A DNA stretch of 54,543 nucleotides from a virus (Duplodnaviria; Caudoviricetes). The stretch's first letter is position 1. Each line of letters begins with the position of its first letter. Location: positions 1-54,543 of IMG/VR virus record IMGVR_UViG_3300010218_000013. One strand, given 5' to 3'. Shown one piece after another: positions 28,504-36,636 of this stretch. The notes under the pieces were generated by a model. It ran no database searches and had not been told where the DNA came from. It was given only the letters and a program-made list of their open reading frames with translations. Made by a program: the position numbers and the translations under genes.

Positions 28504-28704
28504 TCATTTTCTTTTCATGCCAACGAATTCATCGTCGGCGCCAACGGCTCGGACCCAAAAAGAACAGCCAAACTCCGGCCGTGCCACCACCTGCACGAGT
28601 CCGCCGCGCACGCATTTCGCGTGTGAGCCGCTGGCGACATCACCGCCCCAATGCTCACACATCTGGCAACTGTGCTGATCGTCCTCTCGATGAAATTGCG
28701 CCAT
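28504..28704 (-). CDS. Small Cys-rich protein under a LexA box
   Basis: CxxCxHW...C...C; SOS box 10 nt upstream of ATG. Confidence 0.7.
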   Translation of the reverse strand: MAQFHREDDQHSCQMCEHWGGDVASGSHAKCVRGGLVQVVARPEFGCSFWVRAVGADDEFVGMKRK

Positions 28705-28714
28705 GGCCCGCGTC

Positions 28715-28730
28715 CTGTATGGATATACAG
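28715..28730. promoter_or_regulatory. LexA (SOS) box
   Basis: CTGTATGGATATACAG matches CTGT-N8-ACAG. Confidence 0.88.
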
Positions 28731-28849
28731 TATAGCTAGGGCGGCCAGTCGTTGAGCGCGCTCATGCGACGCACGCATCTTGTCGCTTAACCCATTTGCC
28801 AGCTTTTCGCCAGCATCGGTCAACCGAGCCTGTCGCTACGGCAAAGAGC

Positions 28850-28877
28850 AGGGGTTCGAGTCCCCTCCCTCGCACCA
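28850..28877 (+). other. attP core: 3' end of a tRNA (probably Leu)
   Basis: AGGGG-TTCGAGT-CCCCT-CCCTCGC-ACCA next to int 3' end; arm-like repeats TTYGCCA at 28795, 28806, 28955, 28967. Confidence 0.85.
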
Positions 28878-28924
28878 AAATTCCTTTTAAAATCAACGGC
28901 GCCGAATTTCGAGCCGTTAAAAAT

Positions 28925-30154
28925 CTAGCCTGTTTTTGCCGGGTTTACGTCGTTTTTGCCATGAAATTCGCCAGCATTTTCCGCGAACTTCTCTACGGCC
29001 CGATTCCCGGCCTCGATATCCGCAGACGGCATCCACCGGCCGTACACGCGCGCAATCATCGTCCAATCCGCATGTCCCATCTGTTTCGCCACCCACATAG
29101 GATGTTCGCCCGCCGATAGCATCATCGATGCATACGTGTGTCGAGTCTGATAGGGGCGACGATATCGAACGCCGGCGCGCTTCAGCGCCACCTGCCAAAC
29201 CGGTCGAATCTGCTTTGGCCCGGTGAAGCGTGCGCGTGTGATCGGATTGACGAACACGGGGCCGTCAGCTTCAGCCATGAACGTCATGGGCTTTTGAGCA
29301 AGAAGAGCGGCCCGCGCCGGCGGCAGCATTTTGACGTCGCGCCGACCTGCAGTTGTCTTCGGCAATTCGGCAACGCCTTTCGCTTCGCCAGTGATAGCGC
29401 GGCGCACGCGCACGTAGCCGTGAACGAAGTCGATGTCCGACCAGTTGAGCGCGATCGCCTCCGATGTCCGTAGGCCAGTCCAGAAGAAAAACCGGAACAG
29501 GTTGTTTTCGCCATCGCGCAGCTTCGCGATGATCGCCGCCTGCTCTTCGGTGGTGAACGGGTCGACGTCGTCGTCAGGTTCGTCCTCTGCTGGGCGCTCG
29601 ACGCGCGAGTATGTGAAGTCGGCGAGCGGATTTGATTCGATGAGCTCGTCTTCGACGGCATCGGAGAGGGCGGACCGCATGCAGCTCTGAATGTTCGCCA
29701 GGCGCTTATTCGAAACCTTCTTTTCCTTATCCTTGTCGATCACGGCCAGCCAGTCGCGGATGGCGGCGCGTTTAAGATCCGACAGCGCCATTTTTCCGAA
29801 CTTCGGAATCACCCAGTTATTTACGATGCGGTCGTATCCCGTGTAGGTCGATGCCTTGATTTCCACCTTCTTACGCGTGAGCCAAGCCTCAAAATATCTC
29901 TCGACGGACAGAACGTCGCCCGGGCGCTCGGCGAACCGAGCCGCATATTTCGAGTTGGGAAACGTCTTCGCGTAGTCGAACTCGCCTTTTTCGATCGAAT
30001 GCCTGATCGCTGCAGCGAACTGATTCAGCTTTCGAGTGTTGGCAGGACAGGGCTTCGCTTTGACGCGTTCCCGGCAACGCTGGCCCTTGTAAGAGAAGGC
30101 GATTTCATAGCTGGAGTCGGAAACGATTGTGACCCCTGTCCCTTTTCTACCCAT
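28925..30154 (-). CDS. int: Tyrosine integrase
   Basis: TGLRTSE, PKT, YQTRHTYAS, QMGH, VYGRW; N-terminal arm-binding domain. Confidence 0.97.
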   Translation of the reverse strand: MGRKGTGVTIVSDSSYEIAFSYKGQRCRERVKAKPCPANTRKLNQFAAAIRHSIEKGEFDYAKTFPNSKYAARFAERPGDVLSVERYFEAWLTRKKVEIKASTYTGYDRIVNNWVIPKFGKMALSDLKRAAIRDWLAVIDKDKEKKVSNKRLANIQSCMRSALSDAVEDELIESNPLADFTYSRVERPAEDEPDDDVDPFTTEEQAAIIAKLRDGENNLFRFFFWTGLRTSEAIALNWSDIDFVHGYVRVRRAITGEAKGVAELPKTTAGRRDVKMLPPARAALLAQKPMTFMAEADGPVFVNPITRARFTGPKQIRPVWQVALKRAGVRYRRPYQTRHTYASMMLSAGEHPMWVAKQMGHADWTMIARVYGRWMPSADIEAGNRAVEKFAENAGEFHGKNDVNPAKTG

Positions 30155-30315
30155 TCTTCGTAAGCCTCGACGTCCATCAATATTTTCTTCGTGCCCGGTT
30201 CGTACTTCCAAACCGAGCCCTCCGGCCAGATGCCTTTACATTTCCGCGTGTACACCGCCGCCGGCGTGAAACCGGTGAGTTCGCAGAATTTGGCGATGGT
30301 AACGTAGCGTGCCAC
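30025..30315 (-). CDS. xis: Excisionase
   Basis: YVTIAKFCELTGFT..GIWPEG..ILMDVEAYEEW; upstream of and overlapping int. Confidence 0.85.
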   Translation of the reverse strand: MARYVTIAKFCELTGFTPAAVYTRKCKGIWPEGSVWKYEPGTKKILMDVEAYEEWVEKGQGSQSFPTPAMKSPSLTRASVAGNASKRSPVLPTLES

Positions 30316-30394
30316 TGGGCAGCCTTTTACCCTTGGCGGCGCGCACGCGTCGGTGCGCTCGCCATCGTTTCGACACGAATTGTCGCTGCGTAGC

Positions 30395-31024
30395 TCATCC
30401 GTTTAGCTCCTTCTCGGCGGCCGCTAATGCCAGGTTCAGTTCGGTCATCGCACCGTGCGAACCGCCCTTGTCCGGATGAAGCTCTGAGGCGCGGCGCCGA
30501 TAGGCGATGCGGACCGATGGCATATCACGAACGAAGGCCGGCACACCGATGACCTCGCGCCACGTGCGAGCGGCCGCCGGCGACGGGAGGGCGGTGAAAC
30601 CGGTGAACGCACGATCAAGGATCTGTGCGCCGCCGTGCCGCTCGATGGCGCGCATAGCGTCCAGCGTCGCCGCGACGGCAGCCAGGTTGTCGGCGACCTT
30701 CTGATATCGATCGACGGCCATGACCTTGCGGCCGCCGCGGCGTGTCTCCCAATACACGGCCACGCCCGGATCGTCCGGCGCTCTCTGGTCGGAGCGCGGA
30801 AGGCCATCGAGCCGTGTTTTGAGGTTCGTGGAGATGACGATATCGTCCCGCCCGACGCCGAACCGGCTGAGCTCGAGCAGCACGCGCTCGACGCCGTCGA
30901 ACACGGACAAGTCTTGCGCCATCGAATTGCTGCCGCGGCGAATGCTGAACTTGCCATGCGCCCGCGAGTGAGACTTCGTGCGCGGCCAGCCTTCCGGCCA
31001 CTGGAGTGGATAGGCGGCAATCAT
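30395..31024 (-). CDS. Phage J-domain protein
   Basis: C-terminal WREVIG..AYRRRASELHPDKGG. Confidence 0.88.
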   Translation of the reverse strand: MIAAYPLQWPEGWPRTKSHSRAHGKFSIRRGSNSMAQDLSVFDGVERVLLELSRFGVGRDDIVISTNLKTRLDGLPRSDQRAPDDPGVAVYWETRRGGRKVMAVDRYQKVADNLAAVAATLDAMRAIERHGGAQILDRAFTGFTALPSPAAARTWREVIGVPAFVRDMPSVRIAYRRRASELHPDKGGSHGAMTELNLALAAAEKELNG

Positions 31025-31233
31025 TCCTTGTATTCCTTCAGAGCTTCCAGCGCCTGAACCATTGCCACGATGTCGCCGCTCGCGGCGGCGCGAGTAGCTC
31101 GGTCGAGGTCCGCACGGATAAACATCGCGCCGAGCGCGCCGGCCGGACCTATTTCAAGGTAGTAGCCGAGGATCCGCGTCACACGCGCAATCTCGTCTGG
31201 CAGTGCGTCCGCGAGGGTTTTCGTATTGCTCAT
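31021..31233 (-). CDS. Hypothetical phage protein
   Basis: ATGA-coupled on both sides. Confidence 0.75.
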   Translation of the reverse strand: MSNTKTLADALPDEIARVTRILGYYLEIGPAGALGAMFIRADLDRATRAAASGDIVAMVQALEALKEYKE

Positions 31234-31916
31234 GGCTTGATCCGCTTAAATTCGATGACCCATACCCACGGGTTCGTGTCCCAGCCGTAGCCGCGCGCGC
31301 CGTTAAGGCTTTCCCACAAGTGGGCGTAGCCGTGAACAGCTACCGGCAGCAGCGTGGCGCGCGACGGTGCACGACCGACAGCGGCGGCGCACATCGGGCC
31401 GTCAACACCTTCGGCAATCGCATCGTCCTCACTGATGTCCTGCAGGCGCTCAGCCCGGACGCTGGTGATTTCGAGTGTGATGCGCGACGCCCAGCGCGGC
31501 ATGTGAATGGCTGGGCGGCGCTTGAAATTCCACGTTCGGAGATCGGCGGCGTCTTCGCCGACGTAACCATCCGCGTCGTAGTAAAACGGCGCCCACGTGT
31601 CGGCCCCCTCCCTGATCATCTGTGGCGTCCGTTCGGGACGCTCCCAGCCGCTTTCCCGCACCCAAAGACGGTCGCTAGGCTGCCCCTGCGGGCATAACAG
31701 GCTGTCTCCCGTACGCGTGTGCCAGATAGCGCCCTGCAACGGTATCGTTTCGCCCTTGGCGGTGCGTCCGCCATCCGGGCCGCCCACCGTCGTCGGTTCC
31801 CACTGCCCGAGCCGGTTGTTATGCGGCAGCTTCACGACGCGTCGCGTCTGCGTCTTGCTGTCGTTGAGGAGCGCACGTACCATCGCGCCAGAAAACAATA
31901 TCGGGAGTTCACGCAT
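31230..31916 (-). CDS. Conserved phage protein (ASCH/PUA-like)
   Basis: PILFSGAMVRALL..KTQTRR, PAIHMPRWASRITLEI, NPWVWVIEF. Confidence 0.85.
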   Translation of the reverse strand: MRELPILFSGAMVRALLNDSKTQTRRVVKLPHNNRLGQWEPTTVGGPDGGRTAKGETIPLQGAIWHTRTGDSLLCPQGQPSDRLWVRESGWERPERTPQMIREGADTWAPFYYDADGYVGEDAADLRTWNFKRRPAIHMPRWASRITLEITSVRAERLQDISEDDAIAEGVDGPMCAAAVGRAPSRATLLPVAVHGYAHLWESLNGARGYGWDTNPWVWVIEFKRIKP

Positions 31917-32478
31917 GGCGGCATTCCACCGAGCAGATTGGTTGTCGTTGACCCAGACGGTCGCGTCGCTGGTCGCGATTGGGGGCGCCTTCGGCGTGGT
32001 GTTCTTGCAGCATCATCTTGAGCAGCGCCGTGAAAAGCAGCGCCGGAACGAGGAGTCCGCAAGGCTGGTCGGTATGGCAGCGGCGTTCGCGAGAGATGCT
32101 TATCTCGCCGTGGGTGGAATGGAGGCGGCGAAAAGTAACCCATTGAATACGGAGACCGGCGAGCACCGCAGGCGCGATAGGCTGATGCTGTTTCAGATCC
32201 TTGAGTCCTTGAACGGCATTCCCATTGCACAATTGGCCACTGTCGAGGCCGCTCGCCTTCTCATTTCGGTGCGCGACGAATTGAACAAGGCCATCCAGTT
32301 GGCCGCTCGTGATCCGGCCGCCGGCGCGGCACATGACCACGTCAGTTGCGGCGAGCAATATGGCCTCCCTTACAGAGGCATTTGGAACAGAATTCGGGAA
32401 GCGAGCGAGCTTCTTAAGGAAGAAGAGAAAAAGTTCGGGTAACTTGTGCGGGCTAACGAAGATCCGGCGTTCTTTCAT
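31909..32478 (-). other. Antisense bridging ORF C (189 codons) over moron 1
   Basis: ATGA overlap with upstream stop, GGAGG RBS; stop overlaps next start (ATGCGTGA). Confidence 0.5.
31915..32442 (+). CDS. Moron 1: N-terminal TM membrane protein
   Basis: GGGAG RBS; DWLSLTQTVASLVAIGGAFGVVFLQ then helical domain; opposite to operon. Confidence 0.75.
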   Translation: MAAFHRADWLSLTQTVASLVAIGGAFGVVFLQHHLEQRREKQRRNEESARLVGMAAAFARDAYLAVGGMEAAKSNPLNTETGEHRRRDRLMLFQILESLNGIPIAQLATVEAARLLISVRDELNKAIQLAARDPAAGAAHDHVSCGEQYGLPYRGIWNRIREASELLKEEEKKFG

Positions 32479-33461
32479 AGCGCCTCCGGGAATTCGTCAT
32501 GCGTGCGACCGTCGAGCTGGCGGCCGGCAGTTTTCTTGCCGACGCGATAGACGGTCGGCTCGTCGTCATAGGTCATGCCCACGGATGCGCCTGGCGTCAG
32601 GGTGCTGAACTTCCATTCGCCGCCCCACCAGTCTGCGACACGTTCAGTGCGTTTCATCGAGCCACCGCAGTTCTCGCCGGGCGCCCACTCGCCCCATTGT
32701 TTGAACAGGAAGGGCACGCCAGCGTTTGCGCACTGATCGCGCAGATCTCGAGCCCAGTCAGGATGCATCGGCCTAGCGTCGGGGCCGCTTTCGCCACCGA
32801 CGATGACCCAATGGATACCGTGCTCCGGCGCATTCCATCCTTGAAGCATGCTTGTGCGCACGCCGCCCCACGGGATCGAAGCAAGGTCTACCGGCCCGAG
32901 CATCGGTTCGATCGAAAGGAAGCGCACTCGCGCAGGCACTCCCACCAGCTTGGGAATATCGCGGTCCGCCTCTTCCTGATTGACGACCGTCGCGCCGATC
33001 CAGACGTTGTCATGAAGTCTCGGCTTTTCGATGCATTCCAAGTCGAACTGGTACTGAGCAGCCTCGCTCACCATCGACATGACATTGCCGATACGCTTCG
33101 TGAGCAGCAGCCAGTCGAGGTTCGATGTCTTTTCAATCAGATCGAACAGATCCGCGCGCCACTGATGGTCGACGGCGTTGTCGAACACGTCCGCGAGCGA
33201 CGCGCAAAACACACGCTGCCGTCGGGCGTGCGCGGCGAAGAACTCGTCGTGCGCGGCGTTCCATTGCAGCGGCTTGCGCCAGTTCGCCGGCGACGTGCGA
33301 CGCCGCGGCGCGCCAGGTCCCCAGTTGATCGCAGTGCCGCCAGCGAAGCGCGCGTTGCGGGCCTCGGCATAGCAGTGATCGCAACCGGACCCGGCCTTCT
33401 GGCAGCCTTCCCACGGATTGAACGTGTGGTCGGTCCATTCGATTTTGCTGTTCTCACTCAT
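32475..33461 (-). CDS. Phage Gp37/Gp68 (DUF5131) family protein
   Basis: SKIEWTDHTFNPWEGC...GCDHCYA, LLTKR, WVIVGGESG, FKQWG. Confidence 0.93.
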   Translation of the reverse strand: MSENSKIEWTDHTFNPWEGCQKAGSGCDHCYAEARNARFAGGTAINWGPGAPRRRTSPANWRKPLQWNAAHDEFFAAHARRQRVFCASLADVFDNAVDHQWRADLFDLIEKTSNLDWLLLTKRIGNVMSMVSEAAQYQFDLECIEKPRLHDNVWIGATVVNQEEADRDIPKLVGVPARVRFLSIEPMLGPVDLASIPWGGVRTSMLQGWNAPEHGIHWVIVGGESGPDARPMHPDWARDLRDQCANAGVPFLFKQWGEWAPGENCGGSMKRTERVADWWGGEWKFSTLTPGASVGMTYDDEPTVYRVGKKTAGRQLDGRTHDEFPEAL

Positions 33462-33916
33462 GTTAGGATCGCCTCCAAATACAGCAGGGGGTGCATGTGG
33501 CGGGTAATTTTGCGGACGATCAAAAGACTGAGACGTATAAATCGATGATTAGCATCTCGGTCGAGGGGTTCAAAATCCTCGCCCTTTTGAACGGGGGGGC
33601 AGCAGCCGGTATCCTCGCCGCCTTCGACAAAGTGAAAGCATCGATCAACGCTTGCGATTTGAAGGTCGCAGTTATTAGCTTCGTAATAGGCCTCATGCTG
33701 GTCGTGCTCGCATTTCTCCTCTCGTACGCGACGCAACTGACGCTTTTTGAAGAGCTTCACGATCAGCGCGCGCGGAGATCCCACATGAAGTTTTTCTACG
33801 GCGCTTTTTGCTGCTGCGTCCTTAGCTTGGCAGCGTTTGCATACGGATCTCTGCGCGCCGCTTTCGGCATTCACTGACGAAATCGCCGCTTTAGTAAACA
33901 TTTGGGGTCTACGCAT
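33458..33916 (-). other. Antisense bridging ORF B (152 codons) over moron 2
   Basis: Starts TGA-C-ATG after ORF A; ends in ATGA overlap with Gp37/Gp68 start. Confidence 0.45.
33491..33877 (+). CDS. Moron 2: multi-TM membrane protein
   Basis: LALLNGGAAAGILA plus two further hydrophobic segments; start uncertain. Confidence 0.72.
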   Translation: MHVAGNFADDQKTETYKSMISISVEGFKILALLNGGAAAGILAAFDKVKASINACDLKVAVISFVIGLMLVVLAFLLSYATQLTLFEELHDQRARRSHMKFFYGAFCCCVLSLAAFAYGSLRAAFGIH

Positions 33917-34370
33917 GTCATGGCACCACGGGGATTGGTTGTTGTTCGCGCAAGCTCTTGTATCTGCGATCGCCATCGGCAGCGCGTTTGGCGTCGTGAT
34001 CTTTCAGAACTGGGGGCAGCGAAAACAGGCGCATCGACTGGCGGCCGTTTTCGCGACGAGAGCGCAGCAAACGGCACAGGAGTTCACGATGGCTCTTTCG
34101 ATTCATTACGATGCACCCGGTCTCGCCAACGCGATCGATGTGCTCGTTGACAGAAGAGCGTCTTTCGATCGGCTGCAGTTGCTTCCGTTGGATGCCGCGA
34201 CTATTGAGCAAGTCGAGCTTGTGCGGTCGTCGATGACGAAATTGATTTCCGTCTGTCGCCGTATTCAGGCTGGCCCCGCTGCCGGGCCTCCCGATCAAGC
34301 CATCAAAGCTGCTGAGATGGCTTGCGAAGAGATAGCGCGACCCGTCAGCGTGCTGAATAAGAAACGGTAG
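33915..34370 (+). CDS. Moron 3: N-terminal TM protein, paralogous N-terminus to moron 1
   Basis: HHGDWLLFAQALVSAIAIGSAFGVVIFQ. Confidence 0.75.
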   Translation: MSWHHGDWLLFAQALVSAIAIGSAFGVVIFQNWGQRKQAHRLAAVFATRAQQTAQEFTMALSIHYDAPGLANAIDVLVDRRASFDRLQLLPLDAATIEQVELVRSSMTKLISVCRRIQAGPAAGPPDQAIKAAEMACEEIARPVSVLNKKR

Positions 34371-34379
34371 CGCGCTCAC
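33918..34379 (-). other. Antisense bridging ORF A (153 codons) over moron 3
   Basis: GTGA overlap with DUF4031 stop at 34376-34379. Confidence 0.45.
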
Positions 34380-34723
34380 GTGCTTTGTCCCTGTAGGGCG
34401 GCCTCGCGGCGCGCCGCGAGGCGCTTCGTTTGCCACTCAATTGCTTCAGTGTGAGAACCGAGGTCACCAGTCACGCGCCGGCGCATCACCATCGCGCCCG
34501 CCTGACGCCATGTGATTTGCACGGCGCCAGCGGCGACCGCGGCAGCACGCTTACTGAGGGCGATGTCGTAGTGGCTGTCATGCTTCGGGGGCGACTGGTG
34601 CCACTTGCGTGCCACGCCGATTCGATCAGCCATGGCATGCAGCTCGTCGTCGGTATCGGCGATCATGTGGCACATCACCAGGCGGCCGAACTTCGCGCGC
34701 ATGTCGTCTACGTAGACAGTCAT
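34376..34723 (-). CDS. DUF4031 family protein
   Basis: MTVYVDD..MCHMIAD..ELHAMA..IG..HYDI. Confidence 0.9.
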   Translation of the reverse strand: MTVYVDDMRAKFGRLVMCHMIADTDDELHAMADRIGVARKWHQSPPKHDSHYDIALSKRAAAVAAGAVQITWRQAGAMVMRRRVTGDLGSHTEAIEWQTKRLAARREAALQGQST

Positions 34724-34962
34724 TGCATTGCCTCCGGTGGTTCATGCGCGCGGTCTTCCTCGGCGGCGATGAACTCCTTCATCGCGACAACCACGTCAGC
34801 GCGGTTTGCGTTGCTGATGTAATTCATGTGGCCGCCGGCGATCGCGTTCAGGTCGAACACCATCAGCGTGAATCCGTAGCCGGCGAAGACGCGGTCGAGC
34901 AGATCGGCGATGTCGTTCATCACCTTCGAGTGCTGCGACTGGATGGGACCGTGTCCGCTCAT
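34720..34962 (-). CDS. Hypothetical phage protein
   Basis: GFTLMVF..NYISNANRAD; ATGA-coupled. Confidence 0.8.
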   Translation of the reverse strand: MSGHGPIQSQHSKVMNDIADLLDRVFAGYGFTLMVFDLNAIAGGHMNYISNANRADVVVAMKEFIAAEEDRAHEPPEAMQ

Positions 34963-35162
34963 GTCGCGCTCGCTGTCACCGGCGGCGCGTAATCGATGCC
35001 GTCGGTCGGGTGATAGTTGTCGGAGTGTTTCCGGCCGTCGAGGCGGATCCGCAAGTACTGACCATCGACGCCAGTGATCACGCCCGGCTTGCCGTACGCG
35101 ATCACGCGCTGACCGCGCTTGGCGTCGACCCCGTAGTACGACTTGATGTATTCGAAGCTCAT
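34959..35162 (-). CDS. Small SH3-like phage protein
   Basis: FEYIKSYYGVDAKRGQRV..YHPT; coupled. Confidence 0.8.
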   Translation of the reverse strand: MSFEYIKSYYGVDAKRGQRVIAYGKPGVITGVDGQYLRIRLDGRKHSDNYHPTDGIDYAPPVTASAT

Positions 35163-35770
35163 TGCACCGCTCCCTTGATACGCGCACGGGCAGCGGCGAT
35201 GTCAGCTTCTGCACGCTCGGCCCATGCATCACCGTGCAACAGCACGTGCTTGATCAGCCAGTGCAAACAGAAGGCCTGCTCGTCTTCGGCCCGCGTCTTT
35301 ATGTCGGCGCCGGCAGCGCGGAAGATGTGCGCAAAGGGGGCGAGCTGGAAACACATCATGCCGAGCACGTGGCGCAGCGCCGGCGTCATCTCGGGCGGGT
35401 AGGCGAGCGAGCCGATGTCAACTGGCTTGCGTGCAAGCGCTTCGGTGATGCGCGGGTGCAGCTCGAGATGATCGAGGTCCGGGTCCACGAGGTCGTTGCG
35501 CAATAGCGTATGAAACCCCCAGACCACGCGGAACAGGCCGCCGGGTGCCGCGTCGAGGCAACCTTTCACGCGATCGTAGAAAGCGCGCAAATGCTCGGGG
35601 TCATCCGCGTCGAAGAGCGTCGGCTCATCCGGATCGTCGGAATCCGGCGCCGCGGGGTAATAGCCCTTGTCTACGTTCCCTAAAACGCCCGCGAGATCCA
35701 CAGCTGCATCAATATCCTGTTTTGATGCCTTCGCCATCTTCATGGTGACCACCTGTTTTTCTGACATCAC
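35159..35770 (-). CDS. Hypothetical phage protein
   Basis: RBS AAGGA; coupled downstream. Confidence 0.8.
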   Translation of the reverse strand: MMSEKQVVTMKMAKASKQDIDAAVDLAGVLGNVDKGYYPAAPDSDDPDEPTLFDADDPEHLRAFYDRVKGCLDAAPGGLFRVVWGFHTLLRNDLVDPDLDHLELHPRITEALARKPVDIGSLAYPPEMTPALRHVLGMMCFQLAPFAHIFRAAGADIKTRAEDEQAFCLHWLIKHVLLHGDAWAERAEADIAAARARIKGAVQ

Positions 35771-35778
35771 AGATCCTT

Positions 35779-35804
35779 CAAAAAGGGCCGGGCCGAAGCC
35801 CGGC
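35779..35804 (-). terminator. Terminator-like hairpin in early-left operon
   Basis: GGCCGGGC-TTCG-GCCCGGCC-CTTTT on minus strand. Confidence 0.55.
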
Positions 35805-35830
35805 CAAACACACGCCCGCCGATGAGAGAG

Positions 35831-36046
35831 TCAGCTGACGTTACTGCGCGGGTTGGCGCTCGAGTCGCCGCGCGCGATGACCACGCGGCCGATCTGCAGG
35901 ACGACTCGCTCGCCGCGATCTTGTGCGAGCATTTCGACCAACTGGACGCAGAGCTCGTGCGCTGCGTTGTCGGTCGGAACTCGCGAGCCGGCATACACGC
36001 GCGCCGCTTCGAGGAACGCATTCCGGCGGCGCGGTATGCCGTTCAT
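35831..36046 (-). CDS. Hypothetical protein
   Basis: TGATG coupling to upstream gene. Confidence 0.6.
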   Translation of the reverse strand: MNGIPRRRNAFLEAARVYAGSRVPTDNAAHELCVQLVEMLAQDRGERVVLQIGRVVIARGDSSANPRSNVS

Positions 36047-36570
36047 CAGTTGCCTGCCACTCGGTAATTCGCGGGCTGCGTGTCGGTGCGCGACAGCAGC
36101 TCGGAAGGCTTGAGCGAGCAGTCGAAGCCGGCGGCGCGGTATGCGTCGTAGACCTCTTTGCTCACCTGACAGCGAATCAGCACCGCCGCCTTCTGCAGCT
36201 TGTCTTTCGTGCCAGCGTCATCCGTCACGGTCGATTGCCGGACGGTCTCGGCGGCCGCCACCTCGAGCTTGCAGTCCTGCAGGCTGTGCGACGCGCCACC
36301 GACGAGAGAAACGCCGGCGATCGCACCACCGAACTGGACGGTTTGCCCGCAGTTCATCTGCGAGAAAGAAGATGCGTAAGCGCCCAGGACGGGTGCCGAA
36401 ACATTGCGAACGGTCTCGCTCGTATGTTCCGGTGTCTGCGAGAACTGAATCGTGCCCTGCGCAGTGGACGTGGACGCGCTCGACTGCGTCGCAACAGACG
36501 AAGATTGAGCCTGTGCATAGCCGGTGACTCCCAGTGCTAGAATCAACGCGACGGTGAATTTCGTTTTCAT
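36046..36570 (-). CDS. Secreted 4-Cys protein
   Basis: Signal peptide MKTKFTVALILALGVTGYAQA; Ser/Thr-rich start; four Cys. Confidence 0.85.
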   Translation of the reverse strand: MKTKFTVALILALGVTGYAQAQSSSVATQSSASTSTAQGTIQFSQTPEHTSETVRNVSAPVLGAYASSFSQMNCGQTVQFGGAIAGVSLVGGASHSLQDCKLEVAAAETVRQSTVTDDAGTKDKLQKAAVLIRCQVSKEVYDAYRAAGFDCSLKPSELLSRTDTQPANYRVAGN

Positions 36571-36600
36571 CGTTACACCCCCCAAAGGTGTGTGTTCGAG

Positions 36601-36634
36601 GGCCTTCGATATTTCCGGTATCGAAGGCCTTTTT
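36601..36634. terminator. 11-bp perfect hairpin between the secreted genes (T tract on + strand)
   Basis: GGCCTTCGATA-TTTCCGG-TATCGAAGGCC-TTTTT. Confidence 0.7.
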
Positions 36635-36636
36635 CC

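Noticed and set aside
28850-28877. Complete tRNA gene
   Set aside because: Only the T arm and 3' acceptor strand are present; interpreted as attP core.
31911-33917. Exact 2000-bp spacing of the two ACGCATG junctions
   Set aside because: No mechanism for a round number; treated as coincidence.
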